Shown in pieces: positions 10,673 through 23,503 of a stretch of 64,000 nt of DNA. This DNA comes from Malacoraja senta (taxonomy: Eukaryota): assembly GCA_038087875.1 (NCBI GenBank), contig CM075989.1, forward strand, positions 18,168,001 through 18,232,000, given 5' to 3'. A program made the translations under genes and the position numbers. Under the pieces are notes generated by a model. That model ran no database searches, had not been told where the DNA came from, and saw nothing but the letters and a program-made list of their open reading frames with translations. Numbering within the stretch: position 1 is the stretch's first letter; every line of letters starts with the position of its first letter.

Positions 10673-12384
10673 AGTCTCTACATTTTGAGAGTTCGATGTT
10701 GAGGGAGAATATTATATCATTGTAGTTGGTGGTTGTCTCTCATTTACCATCGAACTCCAGCTACCCAGACCTCAGCTCAGTTAGTGTGGAGTGGACTCAT
10801 TCACCTGTTGACATCGTGGTTTCACCCAGGTGGTCTGGTGTCATCCTACACCTGAAGGTGCAGCGGCAGGTTAAATGGCTGCTGCAAATTCCCCCTTGTG
10901 TAGGTCGACAACAAGAGAATCAAAGGAGCATCAGATGAGCAGAGCACGTTTTCTTGCACAGACAGTGTTGAGTATCAGGGGTTATGGGGAGAAGGCAGGA
11001 GAATGGGAGATAGATCAGCCGTGATTGGATAGCGGAGCAGACTTGATGGACCGAATGGATGGATGGACCGAATGGCCTAATTCTGCTCCGACCACTTATA
11101 AACCTGTGAGTGCCTGGAACACACTGCCAGGTTGGTGGCGAAGGCACATGTGATAGGGGGGGGGGGGGTTAAAAGGCTTTTGGATAGGCACATGGATATG
11201 CAGGGAATGGAGAGATGTGGATGATGTGCAGGCTGGGAAGATTAGTTTAGCTTGGCATTATGTTCGGCGTAGATATTGTGAGCCGAGGTGCCTGTTTCCT
11301 TGCTCTATGACTCTATTTGCACCTTAGTTGCAGGCACATTAGGAGGAGAATGAGGTTGATGGATTGTTGTATCGAGAGCTGGCTTGCTCATGAAGGTCTC
11401 CTGCCATATTGTGATAGTAACTAATATCCTTCATAACTAAACACTTTAATATAACTATGGCCTTGGTAACGTTTCAAAAGGGCTAATCGTAACTTGTGCC
11501 ATTTAGAGAAGCTGAGATCAGCACATTTGCTGGTGTTCGTACAATTTCCATTTACTGCTATTGATGGCGTGTTGTGCAAGATATACAATCTTTCTTGGCA
11601 TCTAATTTTAATATGGAAAGGTCGATGGCTGTTTAATAGCTTGCGCATGTAAATGTGAAAATATATATATAGATAAGTTAACATTTAGCTGTGGAAGATG
11701 AAAGCAAATTAGATTGGTCGCAGCCCACATCAGAGGTGATGTGTAGGAAGGAACTGCAGATGCTGGTTTACACCAAAGATAGACACAAAATGCTGGAGTA
11801 ACTCAGCGGAACAGGCAGCATCTCCTGGATAGACCCGAAACGGCACCCATTCCTTCCATCTAGAGATGCTGCCTGTTCTGCTGAGTTACTCCAGCGTTTT
11901 GATGGAGTTATGTTTGAATTTGGCCTTAAAGCAATTAATATCTAATGGTAATCCTGTGATAACAAAGATATGCCAGTATTTCTACCAGGAGTACAGAACC
12001 ATTTTGAAGCCAGAAAGAACTGAGAACTCCTTTGATAGCAAATCTTTTTTTCTAATCCCAGTCTGCACGGTGATATTAAACAATTTAAACACAGTGCATA
12101 TGGATTCTTAATGAAGCTTATTGATCATTTTAAATCTCCACTGTCCATTTTGCAGCCAACATGTTGTGTACCATCTGGCTTACTTTTCAAATTTGCACAT
12201 GCAGTGATTTTCCTGCGTTGATATTCAGCCAACAAGCGTTGCTGGAAAATAATTCCGTGCGTGCAAATGTCCAGGGCAACAAATATCCCCAGTCCAAGAA
12301 ACCCATCCTCGTTCTAGCTGGGGTGGGCTCGATTAGAGATGGGTTTACTATTCCCCTTCATTCCAAGGGGGGCAACGGCCAGTT

Positions 12385-12705
12385 TAGTTTCATTTAGTTT
12401 AGTTTAGTTTAAAGATACAGCACGGAAAGCGGCCCTTCGGCCCACCGAGTCCGTGCCAACCCCCCAGCGATACCAGCACACTAACACCATCCTACACACA
12501 CTCGGGACAATTTACAATGACACCAAAGCCAACTAAACTACAAACCTGTAGGCCTTGGGAGCATGGGAGGAAACCGGAGCACCCGGAGAAAACCCACGCA
12601 GGTCACGGGGAGAACGGGCAAACTCCGTACAGACAGCACCCGTAGTCAGGATCCAACCTTGGTCTGTGGCGCTGTGAGGCAGCAACTCCACCGCTGCACA
12701 CAGTG
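12385..12705 (-). mobile_element. HE1-like V-SINE
   Basis: Reverse complement of the SINE with (TTTAG)n tail. Confidence 0.85.
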
Positions 12706-15399
12706 CTGCTCTTGCAATAACAGCTCTAATTTCTGGACTGAGATTATCTCATTTATTTAATTAACTTCATTAAAAGTCCCAGCTGCCATAATCTTATTTG
12801 ATTACTAGTCAGATCGGGGGTTTGCCTGGCTGGTCTCATTTCTCATCCTTTTGAAGAGAAATGGTCCTTGGAAGACGTACATTAGCCTACTGGTTAAACT
12901 GCTGGATTTAGCACAGAGGCCTGTGAGACGACGATGCTGAGACAAAGGATTCACAGACCAAGGTACGGGATTTCAATTTTGTTTAATAGACTGCGGACCA
13001 AAATCCGAGACACAGAAGTCTCCTTCCACCCATATCCCTCCATCCAGCGTTACAATTTGGGACACCTCCTGGCTGTCAGGGGTTATGGGGAGAAAGCAGG
13101 AGAATGGGGTAAAGAGGGAAAGATAGATCAGTCATGATTGAATGGCGGAGTAGACTTGATGGGCCGACTGGCCTTATTCTGCTGGTGGAACTTGTGAACT
13201 TCCTTATGAACAACACTTCACTCCTTCTCTTCTCTCCTTATCCAACACCCCTTGTCTCCTTTTCACCTCACGTCTTTGCCACTATCCAGCTATCACTTAC
13301 CAGGCTTTGCCCAACCCCCCCCCCACCCCTCTCTACCAGGTTTCCATCCCCTGCTTCATCAGCCTGAAGAAGGGTCCCGACCCGAAAGGTCATCTGTCCA
13401 TTCCCACCATAGATGCTGCCTGAACTGCTGAGTTCCTCCAGCACATTGTGGTTTACTCCGAGTCAGGAAAGGTGGCCAAAGAAACCCAAATGGTTCACAG
13501 ATGTGCAATAGGAAGGGATGTTTGCTGTTCATCCGTCCTCTGGCTTATACAAGAGACCAGACTCCAAACAACTGATTCTTAACCATCATCTCTGACGACA
13601 AATACAAGCCACCTTCTGGTCCAAAGTTGTTCAGAGGTTGTTCACAGGTTCAGTTCTCCTCTCTGGTGGTTTTCACATTTTATAGTAAAAACCTTAATAA
13701 CTAATTGGAGGGCAGAACTGCACGGAGAAACGTCCTCCGTTTTAACACCTGCTCAATAGCATTAAGTTTACATTTTATGGAGTCATACGGCACGTAAAAC
13801 AAGTCCTTTGGTCCAACTCACCCCTGCCAACCAAGATAGCTATCTTAGTTAGAGAGATACAAGGACCTGCAGATGCTGGCTTACAAAGAAAGACACAAAG
13901 TGCTGGAGTAACACAGTGGATCAGGCAGCATCTCTGGATAGGTGACATATTGGATCAGAACTCTTGAGTCTTAAAATGGTCCTGACCCAAAATGTTCTCC
14001 AGAGAACATGTTCCCCAGAGCCGCTGCCTAACCTACTGAGTGCTGGGGGAACAGAAGGTGGCCTGGAATTAGACATTTCATCTGCTTACATGTTTTATTA
14101 TCACTAGGAATCTAGTGTGATTTAACTGTCAATGATCACTCTTTAGCTTAGATTATACTTACATCTTGAAAGATTTTGTAAATTTTCACGATCAAAAGGA
14201 GGATTTTCAGTCGGAGGTACTTTGCACCCCAAAGTACAGAACAATCTGTTTGCACTCAACTCATTTTAACTGTTAATATAGTATTTAACTAGCAATTAAA
14301 CTATAGAGAGACTGAATATCTACCTAAAGCATCTATTTTTATGCATTTGTTCAGTCGACAGAGAATATTCTTTACTGTCCTTGAAGACTTGAAGGAATTT
14401 AAAATATAGGTTGGTTATTACTATGCAGAGTGTGCATGAAGCGGGTTTAAGAACGTGGGCACACTGAACCCTTGTCTCAGGGAACGCCAGTGTCGATGCA
14501 CAGAAAATGCGACAACTTCAGTTGTACCATTGATTCGTGAAGCAAAGCAAAAATACCACAGTCACTGGAAATGTGAAATAAAAACAGAACGTTAAAAAAT
14601 CACCTGCGTGTCAGGCAGCGTCTGTGGAGAGGAAAGCAGAGCTAACTTTCACGTTGACCGTATCAATTTAATGGATTGGTACATATTGTTGTGAGGATCA
14701 AGTATAAACCAGGTTAGTCAGGATGGGATGGAATCTTCAGATGTCTTAGTTAGGGATGAACTTATTTTCTCATTTATTCGTTCACATGGATTTTAATTTC
14801 CAAGTTCCTCTTGGGAATCTTGTGCCTACATCCACAGATCATTCTTCAGGCTTCTGAACACCAGTCCACTAACTGAATCCTCATGGGTCTACCAAGAGCA
14901 CTCCACTAAAGAGTGAAAGTTCCAACCTTTACTTGAAAAAAAACAGGGCCAATATTTCTATCTTAATCAACAATACTGAAACAGAGTGTGTCGGAAGTAA
15001 CTCCAGATGCTGGTTTGCACTGAAAATAGACTCAAAATGCTGGAGTAACTCAGTGGGTCAAGCAGCATCTCTGGAGAAAAGGAATGGGTGACGTTTCAGA
15101 TCAAAACTCTGCAAGATGGACTATCTTTCATAGCATCTAATTTTAATTGGACATCTGGGACATATGACAATAAAACACTCTTGAATCTACATGGATAGGG
15201 TTTCGACCTGAAATGTAGCCTTATTCCCTTTTCTCCAGAGATGCTGCCTTACCCGCTAAGTTATTCCAGCATTTTGTGTCTATCCTCAATACTAAAACAG
15301 AACTTGTGTGTTGTGCAACAATGGTTACCAGACCACAGAGGTTCTTCGCTGCCTCTGAAATGCCTCGGCATCATAAGGGATGCACCATTTTCAGCCACA

Positions 15400-15915
15400 A
15401 AACATCTTGGGGTCCAAGTCCATCACACCCTGAATGTGGCAACACAAGCAGATCGAGTGGTACAGAAGGCATTATGGTATACTTGCCATCATTGGTTGGT
15501 GCATTGAATATAAGTGTCAGGAAGTCATGGTGCAGCTTTATAGACCGTTGGTTAGGCCGCATTTGGTGTATTGCATGCAGTTCTGGTCGTCCCATTGCAG
15601 GAAGGAAGAAACTTTGGAAAGGGACCAGAATAATGCCTGGAGAAGGGGAGGGTATTAGCTGCAAGGAGACGTTGGACAGACTTGGATTGCTTTCTCCGGA
15701 ACGTCGGAGGTTGAGGAGAAACCTGATAGAAGTATATAAAATGATGAGAGGTATGGATAGACAGCGAGAACCTTTATCCCAGCGTGGAAATGTCAAAGAC
15801 AAGGGGGCATAGCTTTAAGGTGAGAGGGGCAAAGTTCAACGGAGATGTGCAGAGCAAGAGAGTGGTGAGTGCCTGGAATGCACTGCCAGATGTGATGATA
15901 GATGTAGATACAATA
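15400..15915 (+). mobile_element. CR1/HER1-like LINE 3' fragment
   Basis: EYKCQEVMVQLYRPLVRPHLVYCMQFWS and LDRLGLLSPERRRLRRNLIEVYKMMRGMD. Confidence 0.85.
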
Positions 15916-16204
15916 TTGGAATATAGTCATACAGCACAAAAATAGGCCTTTCGGCCAAACTTGTCCGTGCCGATCAAGATTCCCGATCTACAGCAGTCCC
16001 TCCCGCTTGCATTTGGCCCATATCTAAACCTTTCCTATCCTTGTACCTGTCCAAATGCCTTTTAAATGTTAGTATAGAGGGGGACAGAGAAAAAGATTCA
16101 AAGCCTTTCTTAGATCATCCCTGAAGAACGTTGTCATTGACACACACCACCATGTACAGCAAGCATTGGACCATCCTGTTTGACGAACTCACATAAAAAG
16201 TGTT

Positions 16205-16525
16205 CATAACCCACCTACAGCTCACTCCCTCCATGTCAACCTGAGGAGCACCTTCAGCAACAGACTGGTTCCACCAAGATGCAGGACACAACGCCACAGG
16301 AGATCCTTCTTCCCTGTGGCTATCAAACTGTACAACTCCTCCCCCTTCTGTCATGGGGTTAGACTGAGACTGACCCCCCCCCTCCCTCCTCCACAATCTT
16401 TGCACATCACCCAATCCTTTCCACTCGTCACTTTAATTTCATGTTTCATGCATTTTGTTTTTATGACTGTTGGCAGATCAATTTCCCTCCTGGGATAAAT
16501 AAAGTTCTATCGTATCATATCGTAT
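16205..16525 (+). mobile_element. Rex1/Babar-like LINE 3' end (second subfamily)
   Basis: NLRSTFSNRLVPPRCRTQRHRRSFFPVAIKLYN-like coding remnant, GGGATAAATAAAG and (TATCG)n tail. Confidence 0.75.
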
Positions 16526-18929
16526 AAAAACTCACATGAAGAAGTCTGAATGGAGGAAAAGGCAATCTGGAATATATCACAAACCACTGATGATGGTACA
16601 GGGTCCCATCATCCCTGTCACTGTAAAGGAGGGACCTACCAGCCCAGATTGTTTAAACAGCCACCTCCGGACACATTGCAACACTTTAGTCTGAAGAAGG
16701 GTTTCGGCCCGAAACCTTGCCTATTTCCTTCGATCCGCTGCCTCACCCGCTGAGTTTCTCCAGCATTTTTGTCTACCAAAGAATTGCAGATGCTGGTTTA
16801 CAAAAAAAACAAAAACGGCACAAGTGCTGGAGTAACTTCGCGGGTCAGGTAGCATCTCTGGAGAATATGGATAAAAAAACTTTTCCCTGTCGGGGCCATT
16901 TTTAAGATTATGGACTGGATGTCATGGTCTTGGTCAGAATTGGTCATGAACAGCAACAACAGTGAAGAAGAGTGACAGAAACAAATTAAGAAACAGAAAG
17001 GGTAAAAACAATATTTTAACACACAGATAAATAATGGAGGTAATAATAATAAAGAAGATTATTTTTGGAGAACTGGGCCTTAAATTTTCTCAGTATTAAA
17101 TCTTTTTTTAACGCAGTTCTTGATAAACAACCTTGCTTCCAATTACACCACTGATATTTTATAGCTGTTTCAGAAAAAGCCATCTCGGAATTTATTTCCC
17201 TGTAAAAATGAAGGTTGCATTTCTGGAAAATCCACTTTTAAAAATTAATATTGATTTGGAGAGACTTCTGCTTGAAAATGAGGCTTCGGTGTTAATAAAA
17301 ATGTTATCTATCAACCACGTCGTAGGTCCAGCAGTGTGTGCTGAGGTCTGAATAATGCAGTATAGGGTAAGCTCTGCATGTATTGACTCGTGCATCTTAC
17401 TGCCTTGTCCCATGGGTTGAAGAGATAATGCTGGCTGGTTGCCTATTTAATGGAAAGCAAGAGTCAGTACATGGCCTTTGTACTGAGTGCATTACATTTT
17501 TGGGAAGAAGTTATTTTTTTAAAATAAATCTGTGTATTTTCATATGAGATGTCACACCCTGAAACCAGTTTCTGCAGAAATGCACACATGGGGTTTTTTC
17601 TAACCGAGAGGCCTGTTTCCACTTCCACTCTTGTAGAGTCTGTGTTTAAGTCATGATGACCCGAGCGAAAACTCCCCCAGGGTTTAATGGGGAAGCAGCC
17701 CGTGCTCGGAGAGCTATTGTATTACTTGCCTGGTGCATGTGGCGGTTTTGATATCCACTTTGAGTCGGTAGATTAGCATCAGGCGTTATTTTAGCCGCCA
17801 ACAACTCTGGGGTTGAGGAGGTGTGAGCTTTTAGCTCGCAGAGAGCAATCAAAACAAATAAATGCTCACTGCTCCCTGCCAGCCAGGCCAAAGTTATGAT
17901 TATTGGGAATTTGCTCACTTATGAATATAAACATTTCCCGGGGACCACGAGAAGCAAGATACCCGCTTATCAACCCAATGCAGCCGTTAACTGCCAACCC
18001 ATCATTTTCCCAAGGGAGATATATATACAGCGCAGATGGATATATATATATATCGAGAAATCCCTGACTTGAGGTATACGACGGAATGGGATATGTTGTT
18101 ACCTGAAGAAGAAGGATTACTTTTACAGAGGGAGGTTCAACATAAACAGGGGATATCTGATGGAAAGCAGAGACTGGGGACGGTGAGGAGTGACGGGTGG
18201 GGAGGGGAGTACAGGCTTCACATTTACTGAATGATCTCAGTCAACGTTGAATTAGATCTTCATTCTAGACATGTTGTGTTCACTTTGCGGGCAACGTGGT
18301 GATCAGCAGCATTCGCAGCCTCCAGAGACGTCTCTGACTTCCTCGACATTATTTCCATTTATATTTAAAAGCCAGCGGTTTGGGTTTTCCCAGAGCAGAG
18401 AGTTCCTTGCGCGATTCCCAAACGTTGGATTTCCCGGCATTTTTGTTGGCAGCCGCTGCCAGGTACAGGACTGCACGGTGACGTGAACATTCGACAATCT
18501 GCTTCAGGACGAGTAACATCTTTTGAGATCTTTTCAAACGTGTTATTTTAGCAGTCAGTTCAAACACCAGCAGTTGCTTTTAGTTAAGCTGTCTGTTTGA
18601 CTGAGTCAATCCACACAGAAGTAAAAGTCAGCCTTCTGCTTTTATGACCCAAGATGATTTTTGCATAATCGCCCTTCCAGGTCAACTGCTTATATAAACT
18701 TGACCAAACACAAGATCCCTGCACGCAAATGCTTACGGGAGGTGCCTCAGTATGACACTACAGCTGTACACAACATCAATGAAGAGCGTGCATGCCAATA
18801 GAGAGACACAAGGAAGGGTTCCTCTGGGTACACTGGCCAGAATAATGGATGATGAAAGCTTTTATGTAACAGAAGGGATGAATCATTTAATCACAAGGAA
18901 AGATACAAAGCATGAGATATTTAGCTTTT

Positions 18930-19142
18930 AGATAGACACAAAAAGCTGGAGTAACTCAGCGGGACAGGCAGCATCTCTGGATAGAAGGAATGGGTGACGT
19001 TTCGAGTCGGACCCTTCTTCAGTCAGAATTCATACGGAAGAAGGGTCTCGACCCGAAACGTCACCTATTCCTTCTCTCCAGAGATGCTGCCTGTCTCGCT
19101 GAGTTGCTGCAGCATTTTGTGTCTGTCTTCGGTTTAAACCAG
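18930..19142. mobile_element. Penelope-like terminal-repeat inverted pair
   Basis: Two opposed copies of the GAAGAAGGGTCTCGACCCGAAACGTCACC...CAGCATTTTGTGTCT module. Confidence 0.8.
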
Positions 19143-19342
19143 TTTCCTCGAAGTTAAAATTTGTGCATTTCTTTCTGTTTACGACGACCCATTTTGTAGA
19201 CTTAACCTCGCCGATGCTCACCTGGTGTGGAGAGACCAGGACGAGCAAATCCCTTGTTGCTCAAAGTTGCTTCGAGCACATCTGCAACATGGTTCACATT
19301 TGAAACTTTGCAGAAAGTTTCAACCAACTTGCAATCATTACA

Positions 19343-19790
19343 TGTGGAAGGAACAGCAGACGCTGGTTTACACCGAAGATAGACAAAATGCTGGGGTCAC
19401 TCAGCAGAAACTAGCGGCAGCATCTCTGGAGAAAAGAAATATGTGATTATTCAGGTCGAGACCCAGCTTCAGACGGAGAGTCAGGAGAAAGGGAGACTGG
19501 AGGTATGGAAAGGCACAAAGAGCAAATAAATGAAAGATATGAAAAGGACAAATCAAAGCCAGCAGTGATGATCTAGAAAAGGTGAGCCCACAATGGTCCA
19601 TTGTTGGCTGTGGAAAAGGTGATAATGAGCAGATAGATGCAAACAGTGAAACTAAGCAGGGCGACAATGAAACTAGTAGGATGACCAGGGTCGGGGAGGG
19701 ATGGAGAGAGAGAGGGGAATGCAAGGATTACCAGAAAATTAGAGAAATCAATATTCATACCGCTGGTTTGTTAGCTGCCCAAGCATAATA
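19343..19790 (-). mobile_element. Penelope-like element 3' end (GIY-YIG tail plus terminal repeat)
   Basis: Minus strand encodes ...PAGMNIDFSNF-like end, followed by the terminal-repeat module. Confidence 0.75.
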
Positions 19791-21284
19791 ATATTACAGG
19801 TAAGTAAAGATGCTTGAAAATTGCTTGACTGTTTCATCAGTTTTCATGACAGAACCACAAGTTTTCTTTTCTTTTTTGTTTTTTTTAGTTGAAGTTTCGG
19901 AGATCACACCACTGTGCTGGATTGCAGCGTAAACACACAAAGCCTCCTCTCCTGCCTGCCTGTCCCGAAACATGTCCCAGAGAGTCTACGATGAGAAATA
20001 CGGAGACTTTATTTAGCTGTGTAAACACTGGATGCAGAGATCCCAGTGTCTGATCTGAAATGGAATCAATAGCCCAACTGCCAATCTGTAGGACCTGCTG
20101 ATTTAAAGATCAGACAGATATTTTTTATTAATTTGTCATTAGGAAGTATATTACCTTATACTCCTTTGTGAGACAATGCTGAAAGGCCCCTAGTTTACAG
20201 AATTTAATGTTTGCCACATTCATAGCGTGCAACGCTGCTACAGCTTAGTCACGTTTAGTTTAGTTTAGAGATGCAGTGTGGAAACTGCGATTTTATTCAA
20301 TGTGAATTCAAGGGCTGGAATGGAAACAAATAGTAAAGGTCATAAAGTCGTCAGGAATAGGAGTAGAATTAGTCCAATCGGCCCATCAAGTCTACTCCGC
20401 CATTCAATCATGGCTGATCTATCTCTCCCTCCTAACCCCATTCTCCTGCTTTCTCCCCATAACCTCTGATACCTGAATTAATCAAGAATCTATCCGTCTC
20501 TGCCATAAAAATATCCACTGAGTAAAGAGTGCAGGAAGGACCGGCAGATGCTGGTTTACACCGAAGATAGAACAAAATGCTGGAGTAACTCAGCGAGACA
20601 GCAGCATCTCTGCCTCAAAGGTTGCCTGTCCCGCTGAGTTACCGCTGCATTTGGTGTCTACAAAAGGAAATGGCGTGCTTTATGCATTGCTCCTCCATCT
20701 ATTACTTCTCATGGTTTACAGATGTGGAATATTTCATCCAGCTGTCTCTGGAACATGTAAAACTTTCGAAGTCCGGGGATTGAAAATGTAAAAATCCCTT
20801 CTGCTGACCAGCATGTGGAAGCTTGTGTTGATGAGCATTTAGAAACTTGTGGTTGTAGCCAAATTGCCTCAGAGGCAAAGAGACTGCAGCACAGGTAGCT
20901 CAGGAACAAAAGAGTCATAGGATTCACGGTGGAGTTGCTGCCTTACAGCGAATGCAGCGTCGGAGACCCGGGTTTGATCCCGATTACGGATGCTGTCTGT
21001 ACCAATGAGTGAAGTATCATAGGGAAGATCAGCTACAGAGCACCGAGATGGGAAGTGTTGGAGTCAAGTGTTAACCTTTTCTTCAGATGCACATCCACTG
21101 CCGTTCTATTTAGAGTTGTGACATTCTAAATTTAATTAAGTAATTGATATTTTGTCAATTATGAATTACAGACGTACTTCCTGAAAGTGTGTTTAGATAT
21201 GGGAGAAAAGCTTCAGTCAGTGTGTATTTAATTAAGTAAAATATATTTTGTTCATGATGTCATTTAAGACTTAAAGTAAGTGCA

Positions 21285-21585
21285 CGGCACAGTGGCGCAG
21301 AGTCGCCGCCTTGCAGCCTGAGAGACGCTGGTTCGATCCTGACTACGGGTGCGTTCTGAACTGAGTTTTTACATTCTCCCCGTGACCGCATGGGTTTTCT
21401 GCTGGTGCTCTGGTTTCCTCCCACACTCCAAAGACGTACAGGTATGCAGGTAAATTGTGTTGGTATCAGTGTAAAATTGTCCCTAGTGTGTGGTAGGATA
21501 GTGTTAATGTGCGGGGATCGCTGGTTGGTGCAGTCTCGGTGAGCCGAAGGGCCTGTTACGCACTGTATCTCTAAACTACACTAAA
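21285..21585 (+). mobile_element. HE1-like V-SINE
   Basis: tRNA-like head with GGTTCGATCC, central block, LINE-type tail; tail partly duplicated downstream to ~21695. Confidence 0.8.
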
Positions 21586-21772
21586 GTAGTAATGTAGAAT
21601 AGTGTTAGTGCATGGGGATTGCTGGTTGATACGGACTCGATGGGCTGAAGGGCCTGTTTCCATGCTGTATCTCCAACGTAAAGTCTAAGTCTGAACATGA
21701 ATCCATGTTTAGATATGAGAGACACGCTTTCAGTTAGTTGTGTTAGCGGGCGGGTATCACACCCGCCCGATT

Positions 21773-21972
21773 NNNNNNNNNNNNNNNNNNNNNNNNNNNN
21801 NNNNNNNNNNNNNNNNNNNNNNNNNNNNNNNNNNNNNNNNNNNNNNNNNNNNNNNNNNNNNNNNNNNNNNNNNNNNNNNNNNNNNNNNNNNNNNNNNNNN
21901 NNNNNNNNNNNNNNNNNNNNNNNNNNNNNNNNNNNNNNNNNNNNNNNNNNNNNNNNNNNNNNNNNNNNNNNN
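21773..21972. other. Assembly gap (200 N)
   Basis: Run of N; true length unknown. Confidence 0.99.
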
Positions 21973-22340
21973 ATCTGTCTGCTTAAGTAATTAAACTTAT
22001 GGTCTTGATTAGTTCTGGGAGTTCCCTCACAAATTGATAGTACGATATATTTCGGTTATTCCCAGAAACGTTCGTCCAACAAGCAGGGACTTCCAATGTC
22101 TGTCATGATATCAGCACATCACAGATTACTAATGATAACATTGTCTTGAGGGTTTTGAGATGAAATCCTTGCATCTGGCATAAATCTTACCTACAAGGTC
22201 TCAGTTGTTTAGAGCGGGGCCGAATATTTAACAGGTTAGATACGGTGTTGGGAACAAGGGGCAGATTAGCCCAGGAAAGACACAAACTAGCTCGAGTCAG
22301 AGTCATGGAGCATGGAAACAGGCCCGTCAGCCCAGCTGAA

Positions 22341-22821
22341 GTGTTCGAAACATCTACGCACACTCCACCTTGGCCTACGCAATCTCCTGGTTGCTGAACA
22401 TTTTAACCCGCCTTCCCATTCCCATTTTCTGTCCTTGGCCTCCTCCACTTTCAGAGTGAGGCCACACGCAAATTGAAGGAACAGCACCTCATATTTCGCT
22501 TGGGCAGGTTATGACCCAGCGGTAGGAACGGTGATTTCTCTAATTTCAAGTAACTCCTACATTCCTTCCCCCCCCCCCCCTGCCGTCCCCCCACTCTAGT
22601 CCTTCCATTCTTTCCACTGTTCGCATCCTTCTATCCCTGTCGTTAGCTCATCTACCCCAGCCAACAATGAGCCAAGCTGGACTCCTCACTTCCTGAGGTC
22701 ATCTGATGCCAGCCCTGTTTTGTTCTGGCCTTCTCTAACTTTCAGTCTAAGGAAGGTTTCCGACTTGAAACGTCACATATGCCTCACATATGAGTTACTC
22801 CAGCATTCTGTGTCTACCTTC
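22341..22821 (+). mobile_element. Penelope-like element 3' fragment with GIY-YIG endonuclease C-terminus
   Basis: Broken frame LLVAEHFNPPSHSH..SVLGLLHFQSEATRKLKEQHLIFRLGRL*PSGRNGDFSNFK*, then 3' UTR and a degenerate terminal repeat. Confidence 0.85.
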
Positions 22822-23426
22822 AGCCCAACCTGTTCATGCCAACCAACATGCCCCATCTAAACTAATCCCATTTCCCAGTGCTTGACCCATATCCTTGTGA
22901 ACCTTTCCAATCCATGTACCTGTCCAAATGTTGATATCGCATCTGCCTCAATGAGTTCAACGCGTTCAGTAGTGCTGTGCTACCTACACTCTCCCCATTT
23001 TGTTCCCAAGATTTTGGTTTAAATGTCACAAAATACGGGGAATGTCACAGTGTGAAAACGCTGTTACAGTAGCTTCACCACAACCATCTCACCTCTCCAA
23101 CATGAGCACCAACCTGAAGAAGGAGAAAAAAGCCCCATGGGTATTTTGTTCTAAAAAAAGACATTAAAAAAATTGATTGCAATAATAACTCTTCCAAAAG
23201 TTGCTAAAAATACCTTGGCTGTAGATTAGCTGCCTGCCTTTCAACCGGATGGATAGATGTACTTGGAGTGGTGGAGTCATAGCGTCAAACAGCACAGAAA
23301 CAGGCCCTTCAGCCCAACATATCCATGCCAACCAAGATCTGATACTTTCAGACAGTTACTCTCATCTTTCTGCTAACGTGTAAAGTTAACCCTGTTTTAA
23401 ATCAACGATATAATATGGCTAGAGAG

Positions 23427-23503
23427 AATTTGAATATTAAATATTTGAAATATGAGAGTCTAGCCGCTAGACTCTCATATTTCAAATATTTAATATTCAA
23501 ATT
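23427..23503. repeat. Perfect 77-bp inverted repeat (38-bp arms, 1-nt spacer)
   Basis: AATTTGAATATTAAATATTTGAAATATGAGAGTCTAGC-C-GCTAGACTCTCATATTTCAAATATTTAATATTCAAATT. Confidence 0.95.

Noticed and set aside
14925..14985. Ancient Deu-domain SINE remnant (also ~47970-48075)
   Set aside because: Similarity is short and judged from memory; needs an HMM search.
15276..15812. Longest ORF (178 aa) as a host gene
   Set aside because: Overlaps a decayed CR1 fragment, mostly out of frame with it.
21741..22233. Possible solo LTR (TGTTA...TAACA) with GC hairpin CGGGCGGGT-ATCAC-ACCCGCCCG at 21747-21769
   Set aside because: Spans the assembly gap, flanks (GTTG / GGTT) do not form a TSD, and no second copy is present. 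The hairpin also lacks a visible Helitron CTRR end.
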